Origin: Flaccisagitta enflata
Lineage: Eukaryota
NCBI GenBank assembly: GCA_965153355.1
Contig: OZ231126.1
Coordinates: 2,356,001-2,420,000 of the forward strand
Length of the DNA: 64,000 nt
Direction of reading: 5' to 3'
Position numbers and translations under genes: made by a program. Numbering within the stretch: the stretch's first letter is position 1; every line of letters begins with the position of its first letter. Shown in pieces: positions 37,801 to 51,750 of the stretch. Under the pieces are notes generated by a model. That model was not told the origin of the DNA. It made no database searches and worked only from the letters and a program-made list of their open reading frames with translations.

Positions 37801-40560
37801 TCTGTGTTTATTTCTGTCAATGAAAATGAGTGTCATTATGCCCATTTCTAGGATCAAGTTTCTAGATTGGGAGGGGCTATAAAGGTAGGGGTTTATTGGG
37901 GGATTTAGTAATCAGAAATGAAATCCATTTCTGTAGTTATTCCTAGAAATGAGACCAGATCTCTGTTGTTGTTTCTGTAATGAAAAAAAAAACCTTCAAA
38001 TCAATTCTGCATTAGTTTCTCTTTTCTAAGCCTATTCTATTATTTCCAGAAATAGTCACAGAAATGAGATTCTATTTCCAGAAATAATCACAGAAATAAT
38101 TCTCATTCCCGAACATTAAATCCCCCTGTAAACCCCTGCCTTATTAGCCCCTCCCAATCAAGGAACTTGACCCTGTAAACGAATTTTCAATTGCAGATAT
38201 AAACTCAGAAATAAAATCATTTCTGTAATTATTGCTGTTCTATAAGGTGACACACTATTCACAGAAATGATTTTATTTCTGTGTTCCTTTCTGTAAATAA
38301 AAATGAGTGTATGACCATGTGAATGAATTTTCAATTGCAGAAATAAACTCAGAAATGAAATCATTTCTTTGATCATCCCTGTTCTATATGGTGACACACT
38401 ATTTACAGAAATGATTTTATTTCTGTGTTTATTTCTGTAAATGAAAATGAGTATCATTATGCCCATTTCTAGGATCAAGTTCCTGGATTGGGAGGGGCTA
38501 TAAAGGTAGGGGTTTATTGGGGGATTTAGTCATCAGAAATGAAATCCATTTCTGTAATTATTCCTAGAAATGAGACCAGATTTCTGTAGTTGTTACTGTA
38601 ACGTAAAAAAACCTTCAAATCAATTCTGCATTAATTTCTCTTTTCTAAGCCCATTCTATTTTTTCCAGAAATAGTTACAGAAATGAGAATCTATTTCCGG
38701 AAATAATCACAGAAATATTTCCCATTCCTGTACATTAAATCCCCCTATAAACCCCTACCTTATTAGCCAGTCCCAATCTAGGAACTTGACCCTGTAAACG
38801 AATTTTGAATTGCAGAAATGAACTTAAAAATAAAATCATTTCTGTAATTATTGCTGTTCTATATGGTGACACACTATTTACAGAAGTGATTTTATTTCTG
38901 TGTTTATTTCTGTAAATGAAAGTGAGTGTATGACCATGTAAATGAATTTACAATTGCAGAAATAAACTCAGAAATGAAATCATTTCTGGAATCATCCCTG
39001 TCCTATATGGTGACACACTATTTGCAGAAATGATTTTATTTCTGTGTTTATTTCTGTAAATGAAAATGAGTGTCATTATGCCCATTTCTAGGATCAAGTT
39101 CCTGGATTGGGAGGGGCTATAAAGGTAGGGGTTTATAGGGGGATTTAGTCATCAGAAATTTAATCTATTTCTGTAAATATTTCTAGAAACGAGACCAGTT
39201 TTCTGTAGTTGTTTCTGTAATGAATAAAACCTTCAAATCTATTCTGCATTAATTTCTCTTTTATTCCCAGAAATAGTTACAGAAATGAGAATTTATTTCC
39301 AGAAATAATCACAGGAATGAGAATTTATTTACAGAAATAATCACAGAAATGAGAATTTATTCCCTGAAATAATCACAGAAATATTTCCCATTTCTGAACA
39401 TTAAATCCCCCTGTAAACCCCTACCTTATTAGCCCCTCCCAATCAAGGAACTTTACCCTGTAAAAGAATTTTCAATTGCAGAAATAAACTCAGAAATACA
39501 TTTGTTTCAGTAATTATTGCTGTTCTATAAGATGACACACTTTTTACAGAAAACAAATTTTCAATGCAGAAATAAACTCAGAAATAAAATCGTTTCTGTA
39601 ATTATCCCTGTTCTAATAGGTGACACACTTTTTACAGAAATGATTTCATTTTTTTTTCTGTAAACGAAAATGTGTGTCATTATGCCCATTTCTAGGATCA
39701 AGTTTCTGGATTGGGAGGGGCTATAAAGGTAGGGGTTTATTGGGGATTTAGTCATCAGAAATGTAATCTATTTCTGTAAATATTTCTAGAAACGAGACCA
39801 GTTTTCTGTAGCTGTTTCTGTAATGAAAAAAACCTTCAAATCTATTCTGCATTAATTTCCATTTTCTAAGCCTATTCTATTATACCCAGAAATAGTTACA
39901 GAAATGAGAATTTATTTCCAAAAATAATCACAGGAATGAGAATTTATTTCCAGAAATAATCACAGAAATATTTCCCATCACTGAATATTAAATCCCCCTG
40001 TAAACCCCTACCTTATTAGCCCCTCCCAATCAAGGAACTTGACCCTGTAAACGAATTTTCAATAGCAGAAATAAACTCATTTCTGTACTTATTGACGTCC
40101 TATAAGCAGTCACACTATCTACAGAAATGATTTTATTTCTCTGTTTATTTCTGTAAATGAAAATGAGTGTCCATTTATAGGATCAAGTTCCTGGATTGGA
40201 CGGGGCTATAAAGGTGGGGGTTTTTTGGGGATTTAGTCATCAGAAATGAAATCCATTTCTGTAATTATTTCTAGAAACATCTAACCTAGCTACCTAAAAG
40301 CGAACTCTCTCTTGGGGGAAATGATTTGTTTCTGTAATTTACAGAAATGAAATGAAATCATTTTGGTACCAGTTAGCTTCCTACGAAGAAACACTTTTAC
40401 TTCAGAAATGATTTTATCTCTGTTTCTGTCATTTATAAAAGAATAATTTTGATTAGTTCTAGGAAAAACTTTCTGGATTGGGAGGGCCTAAAAGGTGGTT
40501 ATGAATGGAATTAGTTTCTGTTGAATATTTTTAGAAACATGTTTCTGTGACTGTTATTAG
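34850..40560. repeat. Tandem array of ~600-620-bp internally palindromic units (~8-9 copies)
   Basis: Marker AAACCCCTACCTTATTAGCCCCTCCCAATC recurs near 35095, 35570, 36900, 37510, 38130, 38750, 39415 and 40000; each unit also carries its inverse GATTGGGAGGGGCTATAAAGGTAGGGGTTT; dense CAGAAAT/ATTTCTG subrepeats. Confidence 0.92.
35958..36661. mobile_element. hAT-like MITE (704 bp) inserted in the ~615-bp satellite
   Basis: CAGGGTTG / CAACCCTG ends, exact 8-bp TSD GTTTATTG, subterminal GGATTAATCC motifs. Confidence 0.9.
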
Positions 40561-41369
40561 ATTTAAATTAGGTTTCTGCATTTGTTGCGATTCAGAAAAT
40601 TTAACAAGGTATCTGAACAATGCTGCCCTTGGGTGAATTATTGAAGTTTGGTTACATTTGACCAATATTCCTAAGTTTGGTTACATTTAACAAATATTCC
40701 CAAGTTTGGTTACATTTAACAAGTATTCCCAAGTTTGGTTACATTTAACCAATATTCCCACTTATCTTTTTTTGGTAAGCATTAGTGTTTATGGTCAAAC
40801 ACAGAATGGATGTTTCCAAAGTCAGTTTTGCAACTTGGAGAACTTATGATGGGCATAGTGATTAGTTCGTGAGGGATCACAAGACCCTCTTCCATATTTC
40901 TCGGTTAAGATAAGCAAGGAATATCTTTTTTACCAACTAAAATATGTACCGATGAAATGAATGCTGTAACCAATTCTGTTGACTAAATCCCCTTATAAAC
41001 TCCTACGTTTTAACTTTTAAATCCCTCCCAATCCCAATCCATTCTGTACTAGTTGGCTGCCTATAAAGAAACTCACCTCTGCTGAAATGATTACATTTCT
41101 GTTGATGGACCGATGGATGGATAAAGCCAGTCACTAGTGTGCGACTAAAACATTAGTCCAACGGGTGTGATATCACTTTCATTTGCAAACTCAAATGCAG
41201 AATAAAATCATTTCTGTAGTTGGTGACAGGAAGTCATTTAACACAGGAAGAAAAAAGTCTTTCTCTGTGAATAGAGAAGGTGTTGACTGTTAATTGCCCC
41301 AATCTGTGATCAAGTTCCTAGATTGGGAGGCGCTAAAGAGCTAGAGATAACCATAAATAAGATCAATAT

Positions 41370-42295
41370 CCTCTGGACAGGTGTCCATCCTCTGGACGAA
41401 TGTCTATTCTCTTGACGTGTCTATCTTTAGGACGCGTCTCTCTTCAGGATGTCTTTTACTCTGGACGAGTGTCTATCCTCTGAAGGAGTGTCTATCCTCT
41501 GAAGGAGTGTCTATCCTCTGAAGGAGTGTCTATCCTCCAAACACGTGTTTATCCTCTGAATGGTTGTGAAGGAGTGTCTATCCTCTGATCAAGTGTCTAT
41601 TCTCTGAACGAGTGTCTATTCTCTGAACGAGTGTCTATCCTCTGAACAAGTGTCTATCCTCTGAACGAGTGTCTATCCTCTGAATGAGTGTCTATCCTCT
41701 GAACGAGTGTCTATCCTCTGAACGAGTGTCTATCCTCTGAACGAGTGTCTATCCTCTGAACGATGTCTATCCTCTGAACGAGTGTCTATCCTCTGAAGAG
41801 TGTCTATCCTCTGAGCAGTGTCTATCCTCTGAACAGTGTCTATCCTCTGAACGAGTGTCTATCCTCTGAACGAGTGTCTATCCTCTGAACGAGTGTCTAT
41901 CCTCTGAACGAGTGTCTATCCTCTGAACGAGTGTCTATCCTCTGAACGAGTGTCTATCCTCTGAACGAGTGTCTATCCTCTGAACGAGTGTCTATCCTCT
42001 GAACGAGTGTCTATCCTCTGAACAGTGTCTATCCTCTGAACAGTGTCTATCCTCTGAACGAGTGTCTATCCTCTGAGCAGTGTCTATCCTCTGAACGAGT
42101 GTCTATCCTCTGAACAAGTGTCTATCCTCTGAACGAGTCTATCCTCTGAACGAGTGTCTATCCTCTGAACGAGTGTATCCTCTTCTGAGCAGTGTCTATC
42201 CTCTGAGCGAGTGTCTATCCTCTGAGCGAGTGTCTATCCTCTGAGCGAGTGTCTATCCTCTGAACGAGTGTCTATCCTCTGAACGAGTGTTATCT
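41370..42295 (+). repeat. 19-bp satellite (GAACGAGTGTCTATCCTCT)n
   Basis: About 45 tandem units, more degenerate at the left edge. Confidence 0.96.
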
Positions 42296-42472
42296 TGGCT
42301 CAACACTCAATCCGTCAGCTTTAAACCCTGAAAGTAATGTCATATTGTTGATTACCGCCTATTGGTTGCTTTGGTGTGAGTCGTGGATCCGATGCTGTTG
42401 CCGAGAGAATTTGCTAAAAGTGGAATGCGCTAAAAGGTGCTAAAACGGTTTGTGACTTTTTCGGAAACTGCT

Positions 42473-43277
42473 CAGGCCCAGGGAAAGCTAAAATGTTTTT
42501 AGCACATTTTGCATATTTTAAAGTTTATAGATTTGCACATTTTAATATTTAGCACATTTTGAGATAAGACCCCTACCACCAGCTAAAAATATGCTAAATG
42601 TTAAAACTGCTAAAAGTGTTGCAAAATACTAAAATATCTAAAATGTGCTAAAATATGCTAAAAGCAAAAATCTTATCACCAGCTTTAAACCACAAAAAAT
42701 GCTAAAATGTGCTAAAATTTGCTAAAATGTGCTAAAATTTGCTAAAAGATGGTAAAATCTACTAAAATCTTGAAAATCTCACTTTAAAAATTTTTCTAAA
42801 ATCTACTAAAATGTGCTAAAACATTTTCATCTTGTCAACATAAATATGTTAAAAGGTGCATTATTCATTGAGGGAATTTTATAAAATTTTAGCAAGTTTT
42901 AGCATATTTTAGCACATTTTTGGATATTTTAGCATATTTTAGCATATTGTAGCATTTTTGACGGCCAAAGAAAGCAAATCCATTTTTGGGGCTTTTAGTA
43001 TATTTTAGCAAATGGCCTAAAAATTTTTCAGTCTTGACCACAAACAACTAAATACACTAAAATGGACCTATTTTTACACTTTCAGGCCATTTTTCACTCA
43101 CCATTTTGTCCAAAAAAGCGGATTTTGCACAGATTTTTTAAAGCAGATTTTAGCACATTTTAGCACGGCAGATAAGGGGATCAAATGCTAAAATCTGCTA
43201 AAATGTGCTAAAATTTGCTAAAACTTGCTAAAATATGCTAAAATTTGCTAAAAACATTTTAGCTTTCCCCCTCCCTG
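42473..43277. mobile_element. MITE with GGGAAAGCTAAAATGTTTTTAGCA inverted repeats and internal (GCTAAAATxT)n
   Basis: Inverted repeats at 42481 and ~43246-43269; 10-bp subrepeats in both orientations; no clear TSD. Confidence 0.65.
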
Positions 43278-46200
43278 ACTAGTTTGTTTTAGCTCTTTCG
43301 GGTTCACCCAAAAAATCTCATTGGTTCACGAGGTAAATTGTCTCCAATCAGGAAATCCAGCTGAATTCCATGGAGACAAGCATTCCGTATGAATATTGAA
43401 TTGGTATTGAAGCAGCAGCAGTGACAGCAGAGTTCTTATTTTGCATATAATTATTTCAGTATTACCCCTCTGTATCACCGATCTATATTGCTAATCAGTA
43501 TCGCTAACGTTTTCACCAATCGCCACTCAGTATCACCGACTGAAAATCGTCACGCTGTGAAGTTCACTTGCGCGTTACAAACGATTCGTCGCACCGCCGA
43601 TGAATCTGCAGTATATCTTTAACAATTGACATGCGGTGACAATAATCTTGCGGACGGTTTGGCAGGGGCATCCAATTTCTAGCCTCACCTCAACTACACC
43701 CCCAACACCATTCGAAAAATAATAATAGCAACTGCGGTATAATGAATACGCGTCTTTTGATGACTGTTTAAGCTGAAATAATTGTGAATACAATTGGCGA
43801 AATGAAAATGCATTTAATCTCGACATAGATTCCCTTTTTATGAAAAAACCCTCATTCATATATAAACTTCAAGAGCTTATCTTTTTTCTTAACCGAACCG
43901 TAACAGAGTTAAAAATTTTTAATTTTAGCATTTTTACAAGGCAACTGATTACCTGGGTATGTAGGCTCTAAATGTGGACTCGCCATAACATTTGACATTT
44001 AATCCAGTGCGCGTTAGTCGACGTCCGGTCCAACAACCCAATTCAAGACATAACATAAGGACACCAGGAACAGATTGAAGCCGGCTAACTGGCCAAATAT
44101 CAATTTAATCTAACGTCATGTTAAGGTAAACAGGTGAACATAACTAAAATTTGACATGCAAACCGTATGGTTGAAATTTGGTATGTTGAGGTCAGATGGA
44201 AGGACTCAACATATGTATTTGATTTGTAAAGATTCTAGCATGCTAACTGGCCAAACCGGCCTACCAGTAGTACCAGTATCACTCAACTAGCTTACTAGCC
44301 TAAAAGTGAAAAACGTGCATAACTTTGGTAATTTTCAACCAATTTGGTTGAAATTTGGTATGCAGTCCCTAAATGGAAGGACTCAACATATGAATCTAAT
44401 TTAATTTTTAATATGACCAAACCGGCCTTCACCCAACCAGCCTAAAAGAGAAAAAGGCCGGATACACGGCTACCCCAGTCGCGTGTGGGTGGGCAGGGGC
44501 TGTATTTGAGGCCACTTGATCATTTGGGCAGGAGCAGTGAGACCAAAAACCGCAAATACCCCAAAAAAAGTAAAGTGTGACGGATGGACTGACGGACGGA
44601 TGGATGGACGGACGGATCAACAAAGCAGGGTGTAGTCGCGTAGCACGCAACTGAAAAGAGTTTCTGAATATCAATCCAAGTCTGGCTAACTAAAAGGATA
44701 CCCTTAACTCAAAACGTTGCTGTTTGCAGAATGTAGATGGGATTTGTGCTAATGAAAACATCCATGCATACATGAAGAGTTAATTCTATACCCGGGGCAA
44801 ACTGCTTCAGTGAAAGGGGGCAAACGTGCGACGAGTTTCTTTTTTTTGGCGGGGGGTGGAGGGGGGGGGGGGCTGCATTCGACTGTTATGTCCAGCAAAT
44901 GTAAAGCATGTACATGAACACGATGAAGCTCTTATTGAGTCGCGTGCACGTGACTTTGAGCGAGAGTCGATGAGAATATTAATGACTCTTATTAATGAAC
45001 ATCGAAAAGTCGATTAGAATCTGATGAACACGAAGAAGGAATGATATCAAAGAGGAAGGAGGAGGAAAAGCGCTCAATCAGTAGCGCAGGAGGGAAGGGG
45101 AAATAGTTTCTCAAAATAAGAATGGAGAGGGGAGGAAGGAGGAAGGGGGAGGGCGAAGGAAGGAAAGATAACAAAGAGGATGGAGAAGGAAGACCATTCA
45201 ATGTTTAGGGGGAAAATAGCGTCCTAAAAGAAGAATGGAGATAGGAGAGGTTAGAGGAAAATGAGAAAAGGAAAAATCATTGAAGAAAAACAGTTTTAAG
45301 TCGCGTGTACGTGACTCTTTAACCCGCGTTGTCTGTCGGTCGGCCGGTTTGTCCGTCTATTGGTTGGTCGGCAACACTTTGCTTTTATAAGCGGTTTTTG
45401 CATTACTGCCCTCTGCCTAAATACTTGGTCATCCATTTTCATCGATGCTCCTGCCCACCCACACACAGAGTAGCCGTGTACCCGGCCTTGTTGAGTAGAA
45501 CGTAGACAAGTAACGCGAGAGGGAAGAAATAGGTGGGATTGTCGCAGCAATATGATTAACAGTTTCCCCCTCGAGTCCCTCGGGCTCTTAGCCTCTTGCA
45601 CGTGCTACAAACGTTACGAGTAGACAAACTTAGGGACACACAGCATTTCACAGATACAGCAACAAACAAATTGAAAGATTTACCAACCGACCTGAATTAC
45701 AGACCAGATCCAATAGCGATTGAGCAATTCAGGGAGGAAAATTTTTTTCTGAAAGAGATAGGAAGGAAAACAACAAATAAAACATAAGAATTTCTTCGAT
45801 GTTGCACAAATAAAAATAACAAGGCCAACGCCTATAAGTCGCGTGCGAGACATTCAAAGTAGACTTAGAATGACTCTCAATGACTTAGAATGACCTGAAA
45901 TTACCAAAATTGACTTAAAATGACTAAAAACCCTAATGACCAAAAATGACTTAAAATAACTTAAAATGACTTAAAAAATGACAAAATGACTCAGAATAAC
46001 TATTAATGACTTTAAATGACTTGAAATGACTAAAGAGTTGACGTTATATTATAAAAAAAGTAAAGTGTGACGGTCTGACGGATGGACCGGGACTGACGGA
46101 CGGACCGACAAAGCGGGGTGTAGAGTCGCGTGCACGCGACTAAAAAGGACAAATAATAAGAATGAATAAAAGACAGTAGAGCAGCATTACAATGAGTGAA

Positions 46201-47133
46201 GCACGGTATTTTAGGAAAGTTTGCTTTAAACGCCAGTAGCAGTGTCACGCTTTATCAGCAGAGCAGCGTCTCCTCTTTGAAGTTCGATTGAAAGAGAAAA
46301 TAGATTTTGATTTAAGTAATTTGCACCGTTAGATGCACTAACAATGGGGAAACAAATCGATCCAACTGGTGAGTGACCTTGAGAAGGGAAAGGAGCTCGA
46401 GAAAAAAAAAAGATCAGCCTCACAAATTTGTCCCTTTCCGTGATTTCTAGTCGCGTATACAACGCTTTTCGGTCGGTCAGTTTCAAAGTTTGTTTTTAAT
46501 TTTTTGTTGCCCCTGCCCAAATGCACGCGGCAGGTGGGTTAACCAAATTTTTCTTCTTTGTTGACAGCGACTTTTAAATACAACGAAATGTTTAAACATG
46601 GACATGGCCTCATTTTCTATTTTTTCCACTTTTACTATTAATTTTTTTTTCTTCCTTCCTTTTTTTTTTCCCTTTCTCTTCTTTTTTTCCTTTCCCTTTT
46701 TTTCCTTTCTCTTTTTTTCCCATTCCTCTTTTTATTCGCGTGAACGCGACTCTACACCTTGCTCTGTCGGTCGGTCCGTCGGTCAGTCCGTCACATTTTT
46801 GGATTTTAAGCGTTTTTAACATTTTTTAACATTGTACCTATTTTAACATTTTTTGACATTTTTTAACATTTTTTATTATTTTTTAACATTTTTTAGCATT
46901 TTGACATATTTTTGCTTTTTTGTTTGTCATTTCCAGACGCACGCGACTGTTGCCCTTTTGGGCTTGTTTTTCTTCCTTTCTCTTTTTTCCCCATTTCTCT
47001 TCCCTTCAATTCCCTGGCGACTTGTTCTGAAGATACTCGTCAATCTTTCCTCTTCGCTTCTCAGCGAGAGCAAGCCTACCAGCACCTTTTGCACTACCTT
47101 AAATCATCTTCCTCCGATCGCTTTCTCTGCTCC

Positions 47134-47174
<41 letters not shown>

Positions 47175-47878
47175 GTTTGTCTGTCTACTGGTCAAACTTG
47201 TCAATCTTTCCTCTCCGCTTTTTCCCCTCATTTTACCTTTTTCACTACCTGAAATCATTTTCCTCCAATCGCTTACTCTGTCCCCGTTTATTTGTCTATT
47301 TGTTTGTCAGTCTGTCTATCTGTCTGTCTGTTTGCCTGTCTACTGGTCATACTCGTCTCTCTATCTTTTCTCTTTACTTTTCTCCTATACCTTAAATCAT
47401 CTTCCTCCGATCACTCTCTCTGCTCGTGTCTATCCTGTCTATCGGACTGTCTGTTTGCTTGTCTGTTTGTCTGTCTTTCTGTCAAATTGTTTATCTGTCT
47501 GTCTGTTTGCTTGTCTACTGGTCATACTCGTCAAACCTTCCTCTTCGCTTTTCTCCTCTTTTCATTTTTTTCCACTGTTTATTTGTCTATTTGTTTGTCA
47601 GTCTGTGCATCTGTCTGTCCGTTTGTCTGCTACTAGTCATACTCGTCATTCTTTCCTCCTCTTTTCACCTTTTTCACCACCTTGAATCAATGTTTTAATG
47701 TATGTGTAATGTCGCTTTTGCCTACCGCATAATATCCCGGTCGGCTGCATGTTTACTGCTTAGATATGTTGCGTAAGTCCGCAAGAATGAAATTGTATCA
47801 ATAATTTCCAATGCGGTAGCCATTCATAGATTATCCATTTCTGCATAATGATTATTTTCCTGTGAAAACTGTCAAGTT

Positions 47879-50800
47879 TCAGTTATCTATTTCTTGTTTT
47901 ATCCACATTGATGATTTGGAAGGTTTTTCCTGTCCAGTCCAGTCGTACCAAATACCAGCATCCGGTAGATCTCTCCGGCACGTGCCGCAAAAGTCGTAAC
48001 AAGCGTTGTGCCACCATCCCCCTCCGTGATAAGCCGCACAATCATCATACCAATTATCGTTATCATTATCCTCAGTAGAAAACTTCATTCCATCACTGTG
48101 ACGCATCGGATCTCTATCCCCAACGTTTTCCTTTTCAATAAGATTCCCAATGCTTAGTTTGAATTCTTCTTCCTCGGACGCCACGAAAAAGCTCTCCCAA
48201 ACTCCAACGCCGGTTTGGCCTTGGCGACTGCTTGGCTTATCATGCCAATCAAGATCATACTTTACTTCGATCCTCAAGTACCAACGCCCATTCTTGGTGA
48301 TATCGTGCATCCTTTGCAGTCCAAGCCAATACTCACTACAAAGAAAAGAAGGAATTGGAGAGGCGTGAAACACGATCAAATGCCAAAAGAGAGATTTCAT
48401 GGGGGAAATACATAAAATACTCACAGCAGGATACACATTTCAGGCTCATTTACCAAAATTATAAGGATGAAAATTCATGTGAAGTCGATCGCTGGCAAAA
48501 ATGCTAAAATATTTAGGAGCTGTTTTGAAAGTTGCGTTTAAAAAGTATGCATGCCTCTTGTCTTTCTCTTACTTCACGCGATCGCCGAACTCGTGTTTGT
48601 AGTCTTCCCAAAGCTTATGCTTGAAAGCATTCTTATCCAAAAAGTTGTGCCTTAGAATGAGAATCCAGCCGTCTGCAAAATTCAAAGCAGGCCATCGTCG
48701 GGTTTGTGACTATAGTAGTGAGAAATCGCGACTGACGCACAAACTGACTGACCGCATGTCACACAACCCCATAGAGACCCTCCAAAGCAAAGTGAAGTTT
48801 TCTCTCATATGAGTTGGACAACATTACATTACAACCAAACAAGGCCGGATACACGGCTACCGAAGTCGCGTGCGGGTGGGCAGGGGCCATATTTGAGGTC
48901 ACCAGACCATGTTGGCAGGAGCAGTGAGGTCAAAGAAATAAAATCGCCACAAAGTGACTTGCATGACCGACTGACCGACCGACCGACCGACCGACGGACA
49001 AAGCGGGTTGTAGAGTTGACAACATTACATGCAGCAACAAAAATTATAATAAAGACAAGAGCCTTAGGAGCTCTTACTGGTGTTAAATGCGCACCCTTCA
49101 CAGCTTTCCCTTAGAATTATCAAAATTCCACCTTAACCCTTGCCAAAGAGCGGCTCAACAGATACAAATCAACAGCAAGAAAAACCTTTAATTGTCAGCT
49201 ATTTATGACACCGCTTTTAAACTCAATTTCGCTTTCACTGCTTACTTTTTTCTCTTCTCATGTTTAACAAGGCCAAGTAGGCCAATAAGGTGCGACGTGT
49301 GGATCGTCGAACGAATGCGTTACAGACAGACAGACGGACACAGCCAGTTATAGAGGTGCTTTGTCGCACCTAAATGTTGATATCTTTGGATCAGATTCTG
49401 ATATTATGGGATCAGCCTTTGAACTTCCATTGCTGACCCTTGACGAATCTCATTTTCTTAGCTTTTTATGGTAAAAAAAAAAAGAACAAAATGCTCTTCA
49501 TTAGTCATCGCGTGTGCGGGATCGCTTCAGATTATCACTTTCTATTCATCCGTCATTTTGAGTGAACGAATTCGTTCCGTAAATCTATAAAACTCACCCG
49601 ATGGAGTCGTAACAGTAGATGAAACAGGTCTTGAAGTCGGACGCGAACTAGTTAACGAATCCGGAATTCCCGTTGGGCGCTGGCACTGATCGTTGATCCG
49701 GGCTTCCAATGCCTTCATTCGCGCTTCTGTCTCTGTCTTTGAATCGTTCAGACGACTTTCAAATTGATCGATCCTTTTTTGAACCTCTTTAAAGCGCGTT
49801 GAAGTCTGCTTTTCCGTTGCATTCTGCCGACGATCCATCGCGTCGAATTTCTCTTCGAGGCCTTGAACGAAGAGAGAGAGAGAGAGAGGGGGGCGTAGAT
49901 GTCCCAGTCACATAAACGCGAGTTATTTCAGTCGCGTGCTGCCCGACTCAACACCCCGCTTTGTCTGTCCGTCCGTCTGTCCATCTTTCCATCACACTTT
50001 TCTTTTTTTCATTTTATTTTTCATTTCATTTTTCATTTTAAGTCATTCTAAGTCATTCTAATTTTAAGTCATTCTAACTTTTAAGCATTCTAAGTCATTC
50101 TAATTTATTCTAGGTCAATCTAAGTCATTTTTATGTCATTCTATATCATTCTTAGTCATTTTTGTCATTTTAGTAGTTTTCGTCATTCATGTTGTTATAA
50201 GTCAATTGAGGTCATTCTCATTCAATCTAAGTGCTTATTAGTCATTTCAAGTCATTAAAAGGTAATCATAGGTAACTATTGGTCATTATGCGATTGCACG
50301 TGACTCATAGGTGTTGGCCTTGTTCTATTAAGTCATACATCTGACTCCCTGTTTATCCGTGGATTTGCCACTCTGAAAGAAATATGTAATACTCGATCTG
50401 CTTGGCGACCCTAGCCTGAAAAAGACAAAATAACAGTACATAGAAAAAATGGCAGACCGACGAACCAATGGACGAACTGATGGACGAACCGACCGACATA
50501 GCAAGGTGTAGAAATTACCATTGACGAGCGAATTCAAAGCTTTAAAGCGAAGATCGACGAGTTTCGTAAAGTCTCCAAACATTTCCTCAAATTTCTTCGT
50601 CCATTCGGTCAAATCCACTTGCACGGGGTAAACGTTGACTGCAAACGAAGCTGAGCCCACATCGCGCGCGTCACGCCCAGTTGCAACGCCATCTGGAAGG
50701 TTGTGAAACATCGTCAACATCAAAGAGTGAAGTAATTACTAATGAACGAAAAAAGGAATAAAGAATTGATGATCGAATGGATGAATGAATGAATGAATGA

Positions 50801-51077
50801 ATGAATGAATGAATGACTAAAAAAATGTGATTATGATCAAACGAATGAATGAATAAATGAACGAATGAATGATCCAATGAATGAATGGATTCGTGCAGGC
50901 TTACCACCTGAAAAATCATTTTGCGTGCGGCTTCCAGGTGACTTCTTACGAGCATTCGACAATTCAACCGGCTCAGAAAACGTTCTGTAATTAAAAGTAT
51001 GACAACAATCACCAGAACGTGTTCCAGCTGAACCGTAAAAGCCCAAGTAAATGCCAAAACACACACACACACGCGCG

Positions 51078-51129
<52 letters not shown>

Positions 51130-51275
51130 ACATGAATTAACCTTTGCGACGAATACAGACAAACGCAAGTATCAATACACTCGCACAGATAAAAGCATCT
51201 ACGTAAGACATGCGGCTGAGCCTACCTAAGGTCGTAAGTGAGCGCGAGCAAGGATATCACGGAGAATATCCTCAT
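47879..51275 (-). CDS. Secreted fibrinogen-related (FReD) protein, angiopoietin/ficolin-like, 374 aa, six exons: 51275-51226, 50984-50905, 50692-50519, 49861-49598, 48672-48573, 48335-47879
   Basis: All introns GT-AG with matching phases (2,1,1,1,2); 1125 nt in total. Signal peptide MRIFSVISLLALT; coiled-coil exons; S/T/P linker; FReD motifs DGWILILRH, WEDYKHEFG, NEYWLGL, GMKFSTEDNDND, CAAYHGGGWWHNAC. Confidence 0.9.
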
Positions 51276-51575
51276 GATGAGGACCGAAACAAACCGAACT
51301 TTGTTTCAACGCCGCAATGAAAAAAAAAAGAAGATATTCGTGTAATAAACGGAAAGTCAGTATGAAACTTTGAAAGGGTATCACAGCTTTATTTGTTTTT
51401 GTTTTCCTGTATCTTAGCAACCTTAATGTTTGCCATAATGTTTGTAATTACTAGGCAAGGCACACGCGTGCGCGTGAAGGGGATCGTTGTAGTTACTAAC
51501 CAACGCCAACGCTTATTCGACGTCGTAGCAGCAAACGAATCCCTGATATTTCTTACTCAGCTACATAAACAAGTA

Positions 51576-51750
51576 CAGTGGGACCCCGCAATAACAGCCC
51601 CGCCTTTAAAGGTTCCCCATCAATAAAGGTCAACATTTTAAGGTCCCAAATGATAGTATTCAATATTATTTTACCTCTCCTTAAAGGTAAACCTGAGATA
51701 AAGGTGAAAATCTTTAGTCCCAATGGGACCGATGAGGCGGGGTCCTACTG
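51576..51750. mobile_element. Short Tc1/mariner-pogo-like MITE, copy 2
   Basis: TA-CAGTGGGACCCCGC...GCGGGGTCCTACTG-TA; ~300 bp upstream of the FReD ATG. Confidence 0.85.

Noticed and set aside
41370-42295. Possible CRISPR array
   Set aside because: Head-to-tail 19-bp units without spacers; eukaryotic context.
46853-47698. 180-257-aa hydrophobic ORFs
   Set aside because: (CTGT)n-rich degenerate repeats downstream of the FReD gene.
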